The position numbers were made by a program, and so were the translations under genes. This document shows, piece after piece, positions 26,020 to 43,801 of a stretch of DNA of 64,000 nt. Location of the stretch: NCBI GenBank assembly GCA_012295275.1, contig CM022672.1, positions 13,144,001 through 13,208,000 of the forward strand. Reading direction: 5' to 3'. Under the pieces are notes generated by a model that saw only the letters and a program-made list of their open reading frames with translations, did no database searches and was not told the DNA's origin. The DNA is from Chrysomallon squamiferum (lineage: Eukaryota > Animalia > Mollusca). Position 1 is the stretch's first letter, and the number at the start of each line of letters is the position of its first letter.

Positions 26020-26385
26020 TAAATTTTGTTATTACCCACGAGTATCATATGTTACAAACACAAACGAATATTAATTCATTATGTATTCATTATTAACATA
26101 TTCAGTTTCAAATATTGATTTGTCTCCCCTCCCTTGACCTCTCATTTCCTGTGAAATACAATAATTATTATTGAACCAGTGATCTTTCCATGAGGCTTGT
26201 AGAATTCGTTGTACATGTTCAAACAAATTTCATTTTGTCCCTCGCACTCTGGGAGGGACTCCAGTTATATGTGTCGCCTTGTATATTTGTTCTTCTTCTT
26301 TAACGAAGTAATAAAATCAGTGGAACAATTTTCAAATGCCGATTTACGTTGTGTTTTCTAGTTTTATATATTTATTAAAATTAAA

Positions 26386-26451
<66 letters not shown>

Positions 26452-26641
26452 TATTATTGATTTTAAGAAGCCATACATTTTATTTTTGTGTATATCATTA
26501 GACTTACACTTGTACCAGTACTGATACTTGATCATAATATTTACAGATTTATATATATATATTTCATAGCTTTGATACATTTTGATATAGATTTTTATTT
26601 CTTTTCTTCCTTTATTATTATTTTTATTATATTTATTATTA

Positions 26642-26676
<35 letters not shown>

Positions 26677-26880
26677 TTATGATAACATTGACCACCAATA
26701 TCTGGTCATTAAATTATCATATCGTCTGCAATATTTTTAATGTTTATTTATTAAAACGGATAAAAAGATAATAAACGTTAACGTTTGCTAATAATAAAGT
26801 ATGATAATAAATAAAATAAAAATTCGCGAAAATACAATGGAAATGTGACGACATTTAGTCCATAAGGTACATTTGAGTTT

Positions 26881-26937
<57 letters not shown>

Positions 26938-27094
26938 CGCGCGCGAACTCACACACACAAGTCCGCTCATACAAACACATATCTACGAAATAACGTCAAA
27001 ATGAAAATTGTCATCCTCTCTTAAACGTTATTTATAAATCTATAACTTGAAGACATAATAAAAAGCAACACACGCACAAACACACACACACACG

Positions 27095-27131
<37 letters not shown>

Positions 27132-28014
27132 CAAAAGTGTAGTCAAAGTTACACTTTACGAAAGGTACAGCGTTCCCCGACAAAATTTCTTATGCGTATT
27201 AGTTAGATTTTTTAATGTGATGTTTCTGCAATTTTTATCTGAATGGATTTCCTATGGAGGAAATTAAAGACTGACTGTAAATCGCGGTATGAAGTATCAT
27301 TTCCACACGCTCCTGTTAGAATGAGCTGTTAGTACATTTTGACAGTGATACTGAATGCAGCTTGTTCACGTAATTCATTCAGACGTTTTCGTCATTTATG
27401 AAACCTAATTCTTGGGGAAAAAACGTCATAATAATAAGAAGAAGAAGAAGAAGAAGAAAAAAGAAGAAAAAATTACAACAACAAGAGTAATAATAATAAA
27501 TAAATAAACAACCGTGCAGGTATATGACAAGCAATTTGATATGAATGCCGAATTGAAATTCAACTGAATTTAAAAGGTTATTACATTATGGTCGTGTTTT
27601 AGTCTGTTTGTTTATTTTATTTTATTTATTTTATTTATTTTTTTATTTTTCGATTTGTTTGTTTATCAAAAATTTTCAATCGAAATTTAAAGTATTTTCG
27701 TTTGTTTTTTGTTTTTTTTTATCTTATGTTATTTTCACCTAGTGGGCCCTACGACACTCTACATTAGTGCAGCAATGAACACTAAGAGAAACGTTTTAAT
27801 ATAGTATCTCAGAATTACCAGAAGAGATCAGAAAGTAAAGAAGAAATCTTTTATAACATAAAAGATCAGAAACCCAGCAGTGCCACGAAACACAGTAATC
27901 GTTTGTCTCGAGAAAACCACGGACAGTACAGTACATGCCACAGACTTTGATGAACATATATTTCTTTATTTTATTTTGTTTGATTGTTTATTTATTTATT
28001 TATTGTTGTTGTTG

Positions 28015-28049
<35 letters not shown>

Positions 28050-28334
28050 ATTTTGAAGTGGGGGCATTATGATAAAAAGAAAGTATAACTGTTTTATAAA
28101 ATATAAGCATCAGTTTTTGTACAATGCTGGCTTTGTTACTAATCGAACGAATTTAAAGTGCTCCTGAAGTTATTCATTTTATTTTAATTAATTAATTTAT
28201 ATTTTTATTTTATTTTATTTTAACTAAACTGTAGGAAAATAATCAAGCTATGTTATATAAATCTGATACAGGAATGGAGTATAAAAATATAATAATCCCA
28301 ATTTGTAACAAACAAAAAATAAAATTAATGAATG

Positions 28335-28397
<63 letters not shown>

Positions 28398-29859
28398 TAC
28401 GAACAAACAAACAAACAAACAAAACACCTTTCAGGTTAGTAAATAAACATCTAATTATGCGGCAAAACTATGTGAATATATAAAAGCAGTTACAGTATCT
28501 TTAACTGATGTCTAAGAATAGAGAAGAGTTCTTAAAAGTGAGATACAATTACCTACCCAGCAATGTCTTAAACAAATATTATTGAAATTATGTGGTAGAC
28601 CTCTTGCTTGTTTATTTTATCATTCAGCAGTTTGAGATAATCCGACTTGCAATGATTGGTCTTTGGGCAACAGTCGAATCTTACAAACTAAGTTCAACAA
28701 ACAGCCCTTTGAGTTACGGTATCACTTCTACGAATGACATCAAGGTCGTTACCTAGATTTGTAAGGATTACAAAAATAACATTAAAAAACCCCACAAACC
28801 ATAGAGAATAAAATATTCAGCTTAGTTCATGTCAAATTTGAATGTTGTTTGTGATAATGAAAACTATTTGGTTTGGGTAATTTATAATAATGTTGTGTTA
28901 GCTTCTTTTCGTGTGACATCGTGACAAATTAAACACCAGGTTACAGTGTACTTTTGATGCTATAAATACTTGCCTTAAATACCTTTTACAGTCTTTCAAA
29001 CACTAAACATCAACCTTTGGTAATAATAAAGTTTTTAAAAAAAAGAAGAAAACAAGTCCTGAAGATTCTCGGAGGCCGACGTTTCTTCCATTTTTCACAA
29101 GTGTTAGATTAAGAACACGACAGTGGTTTAATACGCAAATAAGATGCATTTTCTGTGAGTGACATCACAATAAAGGATAATATACCAGTCTTAATACAGA
29201 CTCTCGAACTTATTATTTCGTTATCAGTATTTAAAATGAGCAATGAAATAAAGCAATGATAAATAAAGCAATGTTTCGAAATGTACGAAATGTACCTAGG
29301 CCATTTAAAGGTATACTTGAAGCTGTTATGAGTTAATGGCAGTTAATTTTATGGTTTCTATTGAAAATAACAGAAATATTCAAAAAAAACAATATATTAA
29401 AGATGATGGTATAGTTTAATCATTTTGGTACTTATTAAGTTTTCACGCACGATTACCATCAAATACACACTATAGATGAATGTTTCAATTTTTAAAAGCT
29501 ATGACGGATAACATAATTTATAAATTATTTTAGAAACGCATTGTCTGTATTATTTTAAAACGATATCATTAAACTTATAACAATTTATCGCTTTGTTAAT
29601 CTTAAAGAATATGTTAATAATTTTGTTAATACGCTGACTGACATGACAGAATTTGCCTTTTGTTTTAGAAATTTAGATCGCAGTCAAAAATAAGTCTGCA
29701 TTTTAGTATCAACTAATAACAAAGGCAGCTCCAGGTTAATGTTAATATTTTATTACTTCTTTTTTTCTTCTTTTTTTATTATATATTTTTTTTTTTTTTA
29801 AATGTGTTTTCTTCTTCTTCGAAAGGCCTGGAATATACGGATTGTTTTAGTACAAGCGA

Positions 29860-31342
29860 TTATCCGATGTCACAGCAGACGTTATGGAGATATAAATCTT
29901 GAAAGGATGTTGAATATTTATTCTGAAAGTTATGCAGCAGATGCGACAGCTGACCGATGTTCAGCTGTTCGAGCTGACTTTGGATGTTGTCATTTGCTGT
30001 TTCTGGTCCCGCAGTTCCCCACCCCCAGCTACGTGGCCAGCTTTTAGTCGACTTTACCAGTGCCATTACTTTGTGTATGTAGTAATCTTTTATATTGTCA
30101 ATCAAGTCTGTTTTAGAAGACGGTGAATCTTCGGGACCTTTGTGGTCGTTTCGGGCATTAATGAAATCGTCGGTCCCCTGGCTGATCTTCACTGGTTTTG
30201 AACTTCCCGTTTTGTACGAGTCAGCGACAGATCTTTTGTTGCCAGTGTTTAAAATTGTGCCCAGAAAAGCGGACCTATTTGGTTTGTTCTGTGTAAGAAT
30301 GTTATCATTATGCAGACCTCTGTCTTTTTCGTTGTTTTTGTTTGTTCTTTTCCTTTCTTGATTTAATTTTCCGTGTGTCTGGTCACTTCTGCCTGACTGT
30401 GAATACGGATTTGTTTCATTGCCTGCAGTTTTACTTTTTGTTTTCGTTGTTTTATCCGTCCCATTATCACTTGGTGCCCATTTTGAGTGTCCGTGAAATT
30501 TCGGCTGTTGTTCAATCCTGAGAAACAGTTTCATAAAACACGGCAAGTCACTGCATAATTTTTCGTTTGAATTATCTGAAAACGAAGAAAATAATTTATT
30601 ATTATTATTATAAATTTGATGAACTGAAATATATTTTAGTGTTTCCAAAAACATTAATGTGAACTATCATTGAACAGACTCCTGCCTTCTTCGTTAAATA
30701 ACCAATGGTGAATTTTAAAAATGCCTAAAAACAAGCATACATTTTTCATTTTACAAATGATTAGTTTAAGATTGTGTTCTGCTTAGGATAATTTCTTTCT
30801 TTCACTTTTTTATTTGTTTTTGCCTCTTTTTCTTTTCTTTCTTTCCTTCTTTTTAAAAAAAACAACAACATACCCCCTCAAAAAACGATTTTTAAAATTT
30901 ATTTTCTATCAATTTATAAATCTCTCTTAAATTTAAAGTTACAAAACAAATATTTTTAATAATTAAACTTGTAATATATAATTCCGACAATACAAAATTA
31001 TTTTATTTTATTTTATTTCTTAATATAGATTTCTTCTTATTATTCTTCTTGATGCTTTATTTATTTCTGTCTGAAATGACGTCATAAAACGAAAAACCAT
31101 CCTAGAGGGCTTGTTGTTGCCGCCATATATTATCTCTAAAGAATAGTAACAACAAGTAAAAAACAATACCTATGAACTGTACTGAATTTTATTTAGACGA
31201 AGAAATTATCAAAAATTCATATGCTTCAACAACAGAATGCAAATTATTTACCTGGCTTCAAAGATGCTTCTCTCGGTACAGTTCGAGATGAAGTGAAATG
31301 ATACAGAGCGAGAAACAACACGAAATATACGAATTTCTCCAT
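29860..31342 (-). CDS. Orphan secreted prohormone-like protein, 268 aa, C-terminus ...HNVCCDIG*
   Basis: Exon 1 31342-31252 encodes MEKFVYFVLFLALYHFTSS-RTVPREASLKP (signal-peptide-like) and ends CCAG|gtaaat. Exon 2 30575-29860 starts after tttcag in the matching phase and is a 238-codon open frame in AT-rich DNA, with RKR and KR sites, four Cys and a terminal Gly. Confidence 0.85.
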
Positions 31343-31513
31343 AGCTCACTGCTTTCTGATTTTACCTGTAACGCTTCGGAGTCGACTTACAACTGCAGGT
31401 GACAACTGAAACACGAAAGTGATTAATTTTGTTTGATGTTAAAGGTCGGTTATGGGTTTTTTTTCCGATCCGATGTTTATGAGTAGTTTGTGATGTCAAT
31501 AGTGTATCTAGGC

Positions 31514-31529
31514 TTACGCAATTTATATA
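31514..31529 (-). promoter_or_regulatory. TATA box with adjacent C/EBP/PAR-bZIP-like site for the orphan secreted gene
   Basis: Minus-strand TATATAAA (31529-31522) followed by TTGCGTAA, about 180 bp upstream of the ATG at 31342. Confidence 0.45.
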
Positions 31530-31556
31530 GATAACTTATTTATTTATTTTGCTGTT

Positions 31557-31598
<42 letters not shown>

Positions 31599-32145
31599 TA
31601 TTATTATTATTATTACTTTATTATTATTGTTGTGTGTGTGTGTGTGTGTGTGATACGCTGTATATTTGTTCGTAATAATATGGTCATGGAGGGATTACTA
31701 TTATTGTTAATATTGTTGTTATCATTTTTGTTATTAATTTATTATTTTTATAACTTTGTTTATCACTATCATCATCATCATTATTATCAGTATTATTTTT
31801 TAATCACTGTTGTTAAGTATTTTATACTGCGTGACAATTTCTGTTGAAATTCAATGACAGAATTCTATCTCAAAGGACAAAATGTTTACTTTTAATATAG
31901 CTTCTTGTTAATTCTAAAATTATATATTTTATATATATAATGTTTAATGTTCCTGAACAGTGTATTTTCCTTCGGCAAACACACAGATTATTAGTATTTA
32001 GAGCGAGAGATTCAGAAGAAAAGACTACAAAAGTGCATCCATTAATTTCAATGAATTACCAATAAAAGGGAGAATTACTGAAAATAATTAAATATAGTAA
32101 TTCGTATTATGTAGAAATTATCGGGAACATGACGAGTTCGATTAA

Positions 32146-32200
<55 letters not shown>

Positions 32201-35146
32201 AATAAATAAATAAACCTATTTTTATATATCATATATCATCACAGCGAGATGGATTTTTTAGGATTCATACCTCATTTGATTTAATTATATATAAATGGTT
32301 AGAGACTGACAAAAATTAAATTAAAGAGACATAGAGACATGAAATTATCCAACTGTCTTGTTATATTTAAAACAGATACAATAAATATTTAAAAATTCTG
32401 AACAATAAAAACGAGTGTTATTTGCTTTCCTCTCTGACTTTTTAAATTTTCATCTCTCGTTTTATTTTTGTTGTTATGCCTGATGTTATTATTATTATTA
32501 TTATTATCGTTGTTGTTATTGTTTTTTGTTGTTCTTTGTTCTTCTTCTTCGTCGTCTTCTTCTTCATATTATTAATTTTGTTATTCTTTTTGTTCGTTGA
32601 ATATGGAAAACACTTTATATGGTTTTTATCTATACTGACGTTTCATATTTTTTAATTAACATATTAACATATAAATTTAACTAAATTCAAATCTATCTTT
32701 CGTCCTGAATATGTATTTAACATCCTTTACTTATTTATAAATAAATATAGTGCATGTACAAACAAATATAGAGACAAAGTAGATATGTTACAAAAAAAAA
32801 AATTCACCTCTGAGATTTTATTGGATAGAGCCTTAAGAAACAAACAAAATGAGATCCACATTTTTCAAATATCTTGAAAATTGACAAACAAACAAAATAG
32901 AGACAAAAATACTGTGATCCAGATAAAAAACGTGTTAAAAAAAAAAAAATTAAAAAAGAGAAATGTAAACAATTTTTTTATTTAGCTGGAGCCAAAGGAA
33001 ACATCAACAAAAACTAAAAATTGCTGAGAACAGAATTAGAGTATAAACAAAGTCATTCACGTAGTTTATAAATAAGGTAAACAAACGCTTTCGACCAATC
33101 AGAAGGCAGCATTTGGTTGACGTATCCTGATTCCCTCAAACGGCGACTGCCATTACCATAACAAAGAACTGCGTTTAATATCGTTCACAATCGAACAAAC
33201 CATGTTCGCAATTATAGATTTCCGTGAAATTTGACAGAAATAAAGTTAAATAAATGATCTATTGAAAGCATATGTGCTTGTTTTTTTTTTTTTTTTTTTT
33301 AAATCGCTCACATGCTAAGCCTACTTAGATGACTTTGTAAGGCAAATTTAAAAAAAAAAAGTTATAAGAATATTGCAGATACTCGTGTTTAATAGAAATT
33401 AAATTTTCGAAAGCGAGGATGAGTAGAATTGTGTGCAGAACATCATCAAAAAAGATTTATTCTTGGAAATTTATTTATAAGCTGTTAGCAGGTTATTTTC
33501 TGATGGTCCTCTCCCTGTCCACTGCTACTCGAGAATGACGTTATCTTTGATCATCAGAAAAGCCGAGATAGCGGAAAGTGTGTAATTGTAACTTTGCTAC
33601 ATAGAGACGTACAGACAAAGACGTCGAATCTGCGTGATTACATACATACATACATATATATATATGTAGGTGTTTATGTATGTACGTATATATGTATTAT
33701 CACAAACACTCGCGCGCATATATGTATATAAACGCACACATATACACGCATATACGAACACACAAATTTGAAAACACACACAAATACATACATACATACA
33801 TATATGCTTATTATATATTTATATGTTTGCATATTAATAAATAAAGATTTTTAGATAAATTAAATGAATATTTGATATGTTTGTTTTTTTCTTTTATAAT
33901 AAACACACTCACTCAGACGAGTGAACGTCGTAACAAAAATAAAAACCAGTGTATTATATTACACTTCTGACGGGTAATGGCCGCCGACTCATCAACTCAG
34001 TTGTTTGTGTGTGACGAGGAAATGTCTTTAAACAAAGACTTCCATTATTTCGTTTTCCTCCACATACAGAATTAAACAAAAGCTCTAATCAATTATTCAA
34101 ATGTATTTCATTGTTCGTAAAATAACTGTTCGGTAAAATGTTCTACAGCCGTTATTTACCATAAGCGAAATAAAAAGTTTAAATTCAAGGAACAAACGAA
34201 AACGTAAAGATGTTTTTACGGTGATAATAATTAAACTCACAGAAATCTTACAGACTGATGTACTGATTGATAACAGTTATATTTGAGGATAATGAATGTT
34301 CATGAATATTCAGAAACCGAAATAGCTAACAGATTATGAATTGCAGTTTGTATTGTAAAATATGTGCTGAAAACGAATATAATTATTGGGAACGGAAAGA
34401 TACAACGTGCAGGAACAAATATGCACAAATATATATATATAGTCTTTATTTAATAGTTCAAATATGTCATGACAGTTTAAAAATAGCAATTTTGTTTCAG
34501 TGACCGCCGAGTGACTAAAGAAACTAATGTGTATATATAATAGTGTATTCAAAGATTCAAACAAGATCTTGTTGATGACTTGGAAAATACATCTCTGAAA
34601 ATGACGTAATTTAGAATTTAGATTCCACAGGCAGGAAAGCACTCGTCGCGGTTTTAAACAGACAAATCTTTGGGATCATGGAAAAAGAAAAACAACCGAC
34701 AAAGTACTGATGCATTAGACTCGCGATTAACCACCGGTTTACAACACACGTTAAATATATTTCATAACATACGTTTCTGTATATAAACTAATGCTAGCAA
34801 ATAAATATACGACATGAAACAGTCTGTTTACATAAATATTTTATTTCCAGATCATATTTGTGACAAAAAGGCGGATATAATTATTTATGAAAGGCAATTT
34901 TTGATTCATTTATTTATTGTTAGATAATAATGGCTTTAATCGATGAACTGTCGAATTTATAAACGATTTTGGAACGGGCAAATACGTCATGGGTTTAAAT
35001 TATTAAACGGGCAAATACTAAACAATAACACGACTGTTTCTGAGAACATCAAAGATTGAGATGTTTTAGTTAAGTCCGATAAAGAAAACGCGTGTGGCGG
35101 TTGTGTAACATCGATGTGTTATTTTCCAATCACTTTGGATTTCTGT

Positions 35147-38689
<3,543 letters not shown>

Positions 38690-38814
38690 CTTCACTTTCT
38701 GAAACAAACGGAACAAGACGGTGACATACGGGCAGCCTATAGACAAATGATGATTCGCGATACGCACGTTGTTTAAAATGTAATGAAAATACGATACCAC
38801 GTTACAAAAAATTA

Positions 38815-39136
38815 CAGGCTGGGGAGGATCAGTTATGATAAATGTTTAGGGCCAGATGTATTTCAGAGTTCGGAAAAAAAAATTTGATTTTAGAATATAA
38901 CGACATAACCTGAGAATGGGATATAAGTCTAAACACAAATTCCATTTATAGTTCATATACAACTTTGACAGATTCTGTGCGGGGTTTTTTATTATGATTT
39001 TTTTTTTTTTTTTTTTTGTTCATGAAAAAAAGGTTTGTGTATGCAAAACCATCCGAAAAATGTGAGATATCACCATTATAGATGCTCGGTAAAATGTTCT
39101 TAGTTTCCTGATTTTGGATAAGGAATCCTCTAACTG
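38815..39136. mobile_element. Tigger4/MER46(Zombi)-like non-autonomous DNA transposon
   Basis: Ends TA|CAGG.. and ..gattttggataaggaatcctctaactg|TA. Internal gggatataagtctaaacacaaattccatttatagttcatatac and catgaaaaaaaggtttgtgtatgcaaaaccatc resemble Tigger4-family internal sequence as I recall it. Confidence 0.7.
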
Positions 39137-39144
39137 TATTATAC

Positions 39145-39181
<37 letters not shown>

Positions 39182-39280
39182 TAAATTTTATTTTATTTAT
39201 TTATTTTGCCAGTGTAAGAGAATTGCACTGTTTTATTATCAAAATGAACACTTTAGTAGCATCCAACGACAACAGATGAA

Positions 39281-39338
<58 letters not shown>

Positions 39339-39750
39339 TAAATTAATAAAATAAATTAATAATGATGATGATGATGATTTTATAATTGTGTAATCTAGTG
39401 TTTTTTTAGTATAATAATGGCACTGAAGATTATAACGGGATGGGAGATGAACATAAATTTAAATAAAATAAAAAAAATAAAAAGTTTAAAATTGTTTTGT
39501 TTTTTTTAAATGTCAGCTACAGACATAATATGAATTGCATTACTGGTCTCTGAATTCGTACTGGTCAGATTATTCTGTCGGATCCTTTCAGTCTTATTCC
39601 TTTTATTTTCGTTTGCTAATGTTTTTTGATTTACTGGTATAATCTAAAAACTGAAGTTATAAGAAATGTGTTATTATACTTCTGTGAAACTTGCTCTCTG
39701 CAAGATGGAGAAGTTAATAGCTCTGTGCAATACAGAGAATGTCGGTGACG

Positions 39751-39792
<42 letters not shown>

Positions 39793-40109
39793 ATGGTGAA
39801 AAATAAACAGTCAGCGATACCCTATGGATAAAAGTTGGTATCAGTATAAAAATTCTAAAGTTAAATTTTGTTACAGAATGGAAGCTTGCAACAAAAATAC
39901 AAATAACACAATTAAATAATAACTGCAACAAGTACTGATATATTTTTTTGTTAAAATATATTGAAAATCTGTGAACATTTCCTTTCCACAAATAGACAAA
40001 TACATGCACAGAGATACAAGTACACACACACAAGGACACACACATAACTTAGAAGAAAGACAAAATAACCATGAAGAAACACGTACATACACATACAAAC
40101 GCAAAACAA

Positions 40110-40172
<63 letters not shown>

Positions 40173-40211
40173 CCTCCCTACAAACTTAAGACTCAACTTA
40201 AAAATCAAAGT

Positions 40212-40278
40212 ACCTACCTGTATAGCTTTGCGTTGACTGAGCACCTTGGAAAATTAGACGTCAATTTTGGTTTTTATA
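40212..40278 (-). promoter_or_regulatory. Core promoter and short non-coding first exon of the RFamide gene
   Basis: Minus strand: TATAAAAA (40278-40271), CRE-like TGACGTCT, Inr-like TCAGT near 40238, then donor CAG|GTAGGT at 40218/40217. The matching acceptor tttgtttcag| is at 38698, 9 nt before the ATG. Confidence 0.65.
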
Positions 40279-41194
40279 TGAAGCCAGCTATGCAGAAACC
40301 CACGCATCAGTGCAAACAATAAACATTTTAACACTTATTGTCTCATACTGTTCTGTCGCCAACGTCCATTGTTATGGAAAATAAGGGATGAATATTGGCA
40401 TATTCTGCGGAAGTGGATCATATTCGGACAGGCGCGCAGGAAATGCGTAGATTACAGCATGTCGTATTCTTTTCCACAAAAGATTAGCACTGGTTAACGC
40501 ATTGTATCACAGCTGTCGTTTCCTAATCAGTTTGTATTGCTTTTCTGTTTTTGCTTACTTCTTAACCGTCAGCGCTAATCTTCGTTAACTTTTCATTTAG
40601 CAGCAATTTGCACCGGTTCTCGTCACGACAATACGCTTCGTTTCAAAGAGGAGAAAGAACAGTTATTTTTGGGCTGTGTCAAATATTCAACATGTTAATC
40701 GAATGGTTAAGTCTTAAAGATTTCATTTAAAGGTACATACAAATACTATTTATTTATTTATTTTATTTTTTATGTATTAACAGTTTATTAATTTATTAAA
40801 GCTTGTCTATGAAAATAGCTTCGTGACGTCACATCATGCAAAGCTATGTCAAAAAAACATGATTTTTGGATATGTTAGTTTTTAGTGATTGTCAGTCTGT
40901 CAGATTACTTTGTGTGTGTGTGTGTGTGTGTGTATGTGTTTAAATATAGTAGTAACTTGAACATTTTATAAAAACATACATTTTAATCGTTTGTTTCTAA
41001 CATGAAAAATAAACTTTAATCTAAAATTTGCAATAACGTAACAGAAATCTTTCTTCTAAACGTTGTTTTCATTTTATTTACTCTGCGTTACATAGTTTAT
41101 AAAATATTTATATATTTAAAACACAGGCGTTAAGTAATCATTTCATTCATATTTCTGTTCATAAATGACGGAATAACCCTTTATTAACACTTAA

Positions 41195-41245
<51 letters not shown>

Positions 41246-41892
41246 TCGTAATAAAGGGCGTAAAGGGTAAAAATATTGTTTATTTTTATTTTAACTGTAT
41301 TATTTTATTTTATTTTATTTTATTTTATTTTATTTTATTTGTTTGTTTATTTGTTTTGACAACGTCTTATTTTCTAAGCTTCCTTCACTTCAGGAATAAA
41401 AAATAAGTTATAAAACTATTTTGATTTATATATATATATATATAACTCATCGATCCTCCAACAAATGATAATTCTAAAATATTACAATGATCCCCCATTC
41501 AAACAAACAGACAAAATTTAATGAAAGGAGTCAAAACCATCTCTAATTCGAACCCTGATGACCTTCTAAAATGCTTTCTGAATTATGCAAACCCCCCATC
41601 CCAAACAAATAGACAAAAACAAAACAACAGCAACATATAAATATACTATAAATTCACATGGTAGTGTTGAAGTCTTCTTTCTATGATTAGTTATCAAGAA
41701 TTTCTCCGTTAGTTTATTGGTAGAGCACTATCTGCTTAATTCGTATGCACTTTGGTTTGCACTGTTAAACTATTGGTGAACAACTGTTTTGATGTTTGCT
41801 TGATACTGTGCGGTGTATTCATTCGCGCTCCGATTCCTTTAAAGATAATTTTGCAAGATGCCAATTTTACTATTATTATTATTTTTTATTTA

Positions 41893-41933
<41 letters not shown>

Positions 41934-42091
41934 TTTTTTTTTTCAAAAGAGAATTTTGGCCAGATTTGAATTAAATTTATTTATTTATTTGTATTGTTAT
42001 AGCAAAGAAGAAATTTATCCGTTATAAAACATTTTAACAATCAAATTCAGGTGATTTTGTTTTGTTATTTATTTATTTATTTATTTATTTA

Positions 42092-42133
<42 letters not shown>

Positions 42134-43136
42134 GTTGTTGTTGTTGTTGTCGTAGTAGCAAAGAAGAAATGTATCCGTAACAAAACATTTTAACAATCCT
42201 ATTTATTTTTTTTTTTTATTTTTTTTTTTTTTTTTTTTTTGGTCGTTATTGTTGTCGTTTGTTTTTTTAAATGGTTTCATAATTATTAATTCAAAATAAT
42301 AGTCGTTGTGTTCCACTTTTGGACCTTTTTCGAGGTTATCTTTCAGAAGTATAATACTCGGTTTATTCGTCGATATTTTTACAGTTTACATTTAAAAAAT
42401 GTGGTAATTTCTGTTACTCCTACATTTTAATTTGTTATCATGCATGGTCGGCCAAATCGAATACGAACAATAATATAAAAAAAAAGTAAAATAAAATAAT
42501 AAAAAGCAATTATATTTGCATTTATAAAGTTTCTATTTATAAAAACAATTATGTAAACCCCAGAGTGTGACAGATTGACAAATACGAGTGACTGTTTTTA
42601 TATTCAAGTGTTTGTTTATAGTTACCATCATTACTAAAACATTAGACTCAAACTCTAAATTACTGTTTCTCTAGAATTTAACTGTCCATGACGGAAATGA
42701 ACAATTAAATTATTGTGACAAGAACAAACTGGATAAAAACACTTTTATATACGTCAATGTGATTAGTTTCTTTGTGTCTAAAAATAAATGATTAATAATT
42801 ATGACGTTTCGTGATAAAATAAAATTTTCTGACCGTACATGTAGTCTGATGTTTTCGTTGTCTGTTATTGTTGTTTACCTTAAATTTTTTTTTTACTATA
42901 TCAAAGTTAAAGAGAAAACAAAAGATTGCAAATTTTCATGACCATCAATCTGTTTCTTATTTTATAATTTATAATTGTTATATTTTGTTGTTATAAAAGA
43001 TTGGCAGAGAGACATTAACATAACATTAATTATTATGGGTTTTTTTTTTTTTTTTTTTTTAACCATTTTTAATAATTGTATTCATCATCTACTACAGACA
43101 TCATCATCATTCTTATTATCATTTTTGTCGTTGCAG

Positions 43137-43187
<51 letters not shown>

Positions 43188-43762
43188 TGTTGTTGATGTT
43201 GTTACCATCATCATCATGAAACCATGCATTAAAAAAAAAAAAAAAAAAAAAAGTCAACAAGGAATACTCAGCTGTTGCTATAAACAAATTTGCTTTTGTT
43301 TTACAGCGATATTGATTAACTTTTTTTTTAACTCTGATTTTTTAATTTTTCTTTTTTTGACGACATTAAAGGAAAAAAAAAAGAAGAGATTTTCTGCGAA
43401 ATTACCTATTTTTATCATTTTACTTTAGCTAATATCAATATACGACAATAAAAGATTATAATATACGGACCGCCGCCATTTTTGTTTTCAGTAGGTAATG
43501 TTATTGTATGGATCGCTGTATAAGTTTCTTCTAATGTTGCCTGAAAAATAATTTGTTTTGCTTGAAAGGTATGTTTTAAATGTTTTTCGCATTTCCTTAA
43601 ATAAGCCATAGGGGATCGGATTTTCGGAAGTTTCGTCAAAATTGCAGTTATTTGGGGAAATAGAAAATAATAAACGAATATACAAAATGTATTTAAACGT
43701 TTTGAATCACTCACATGCTGTATGATAGGCACCGATTCCGAAAAAAAAAAAAAAAAAAAAAA

Positions 43763-43801
<39 letters not shown>

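Noticed and set aside
20887-26970. Hydrophobic F/I/L/Y-rich ORFs resembling membrane proteins
   Set aside because: Products of T-rich and (ATT)n low-complexity UTR or intergenic DNA.
27912-27930. Partial REST/NRSE match (aaccacggacagt) downstream of the peptide genes
   Set aside because: Only the right half matches, and canonical REST/RE1 is not established outside chordates.
29860-30575. Insulin-like peptide call for the CCDIG gene
   Set aside because: It has only four Cys. The TAA falls right after CCDIG, so the A-chain CCxxxC-x8-C pattern is absent, and read-through adds no Cys.
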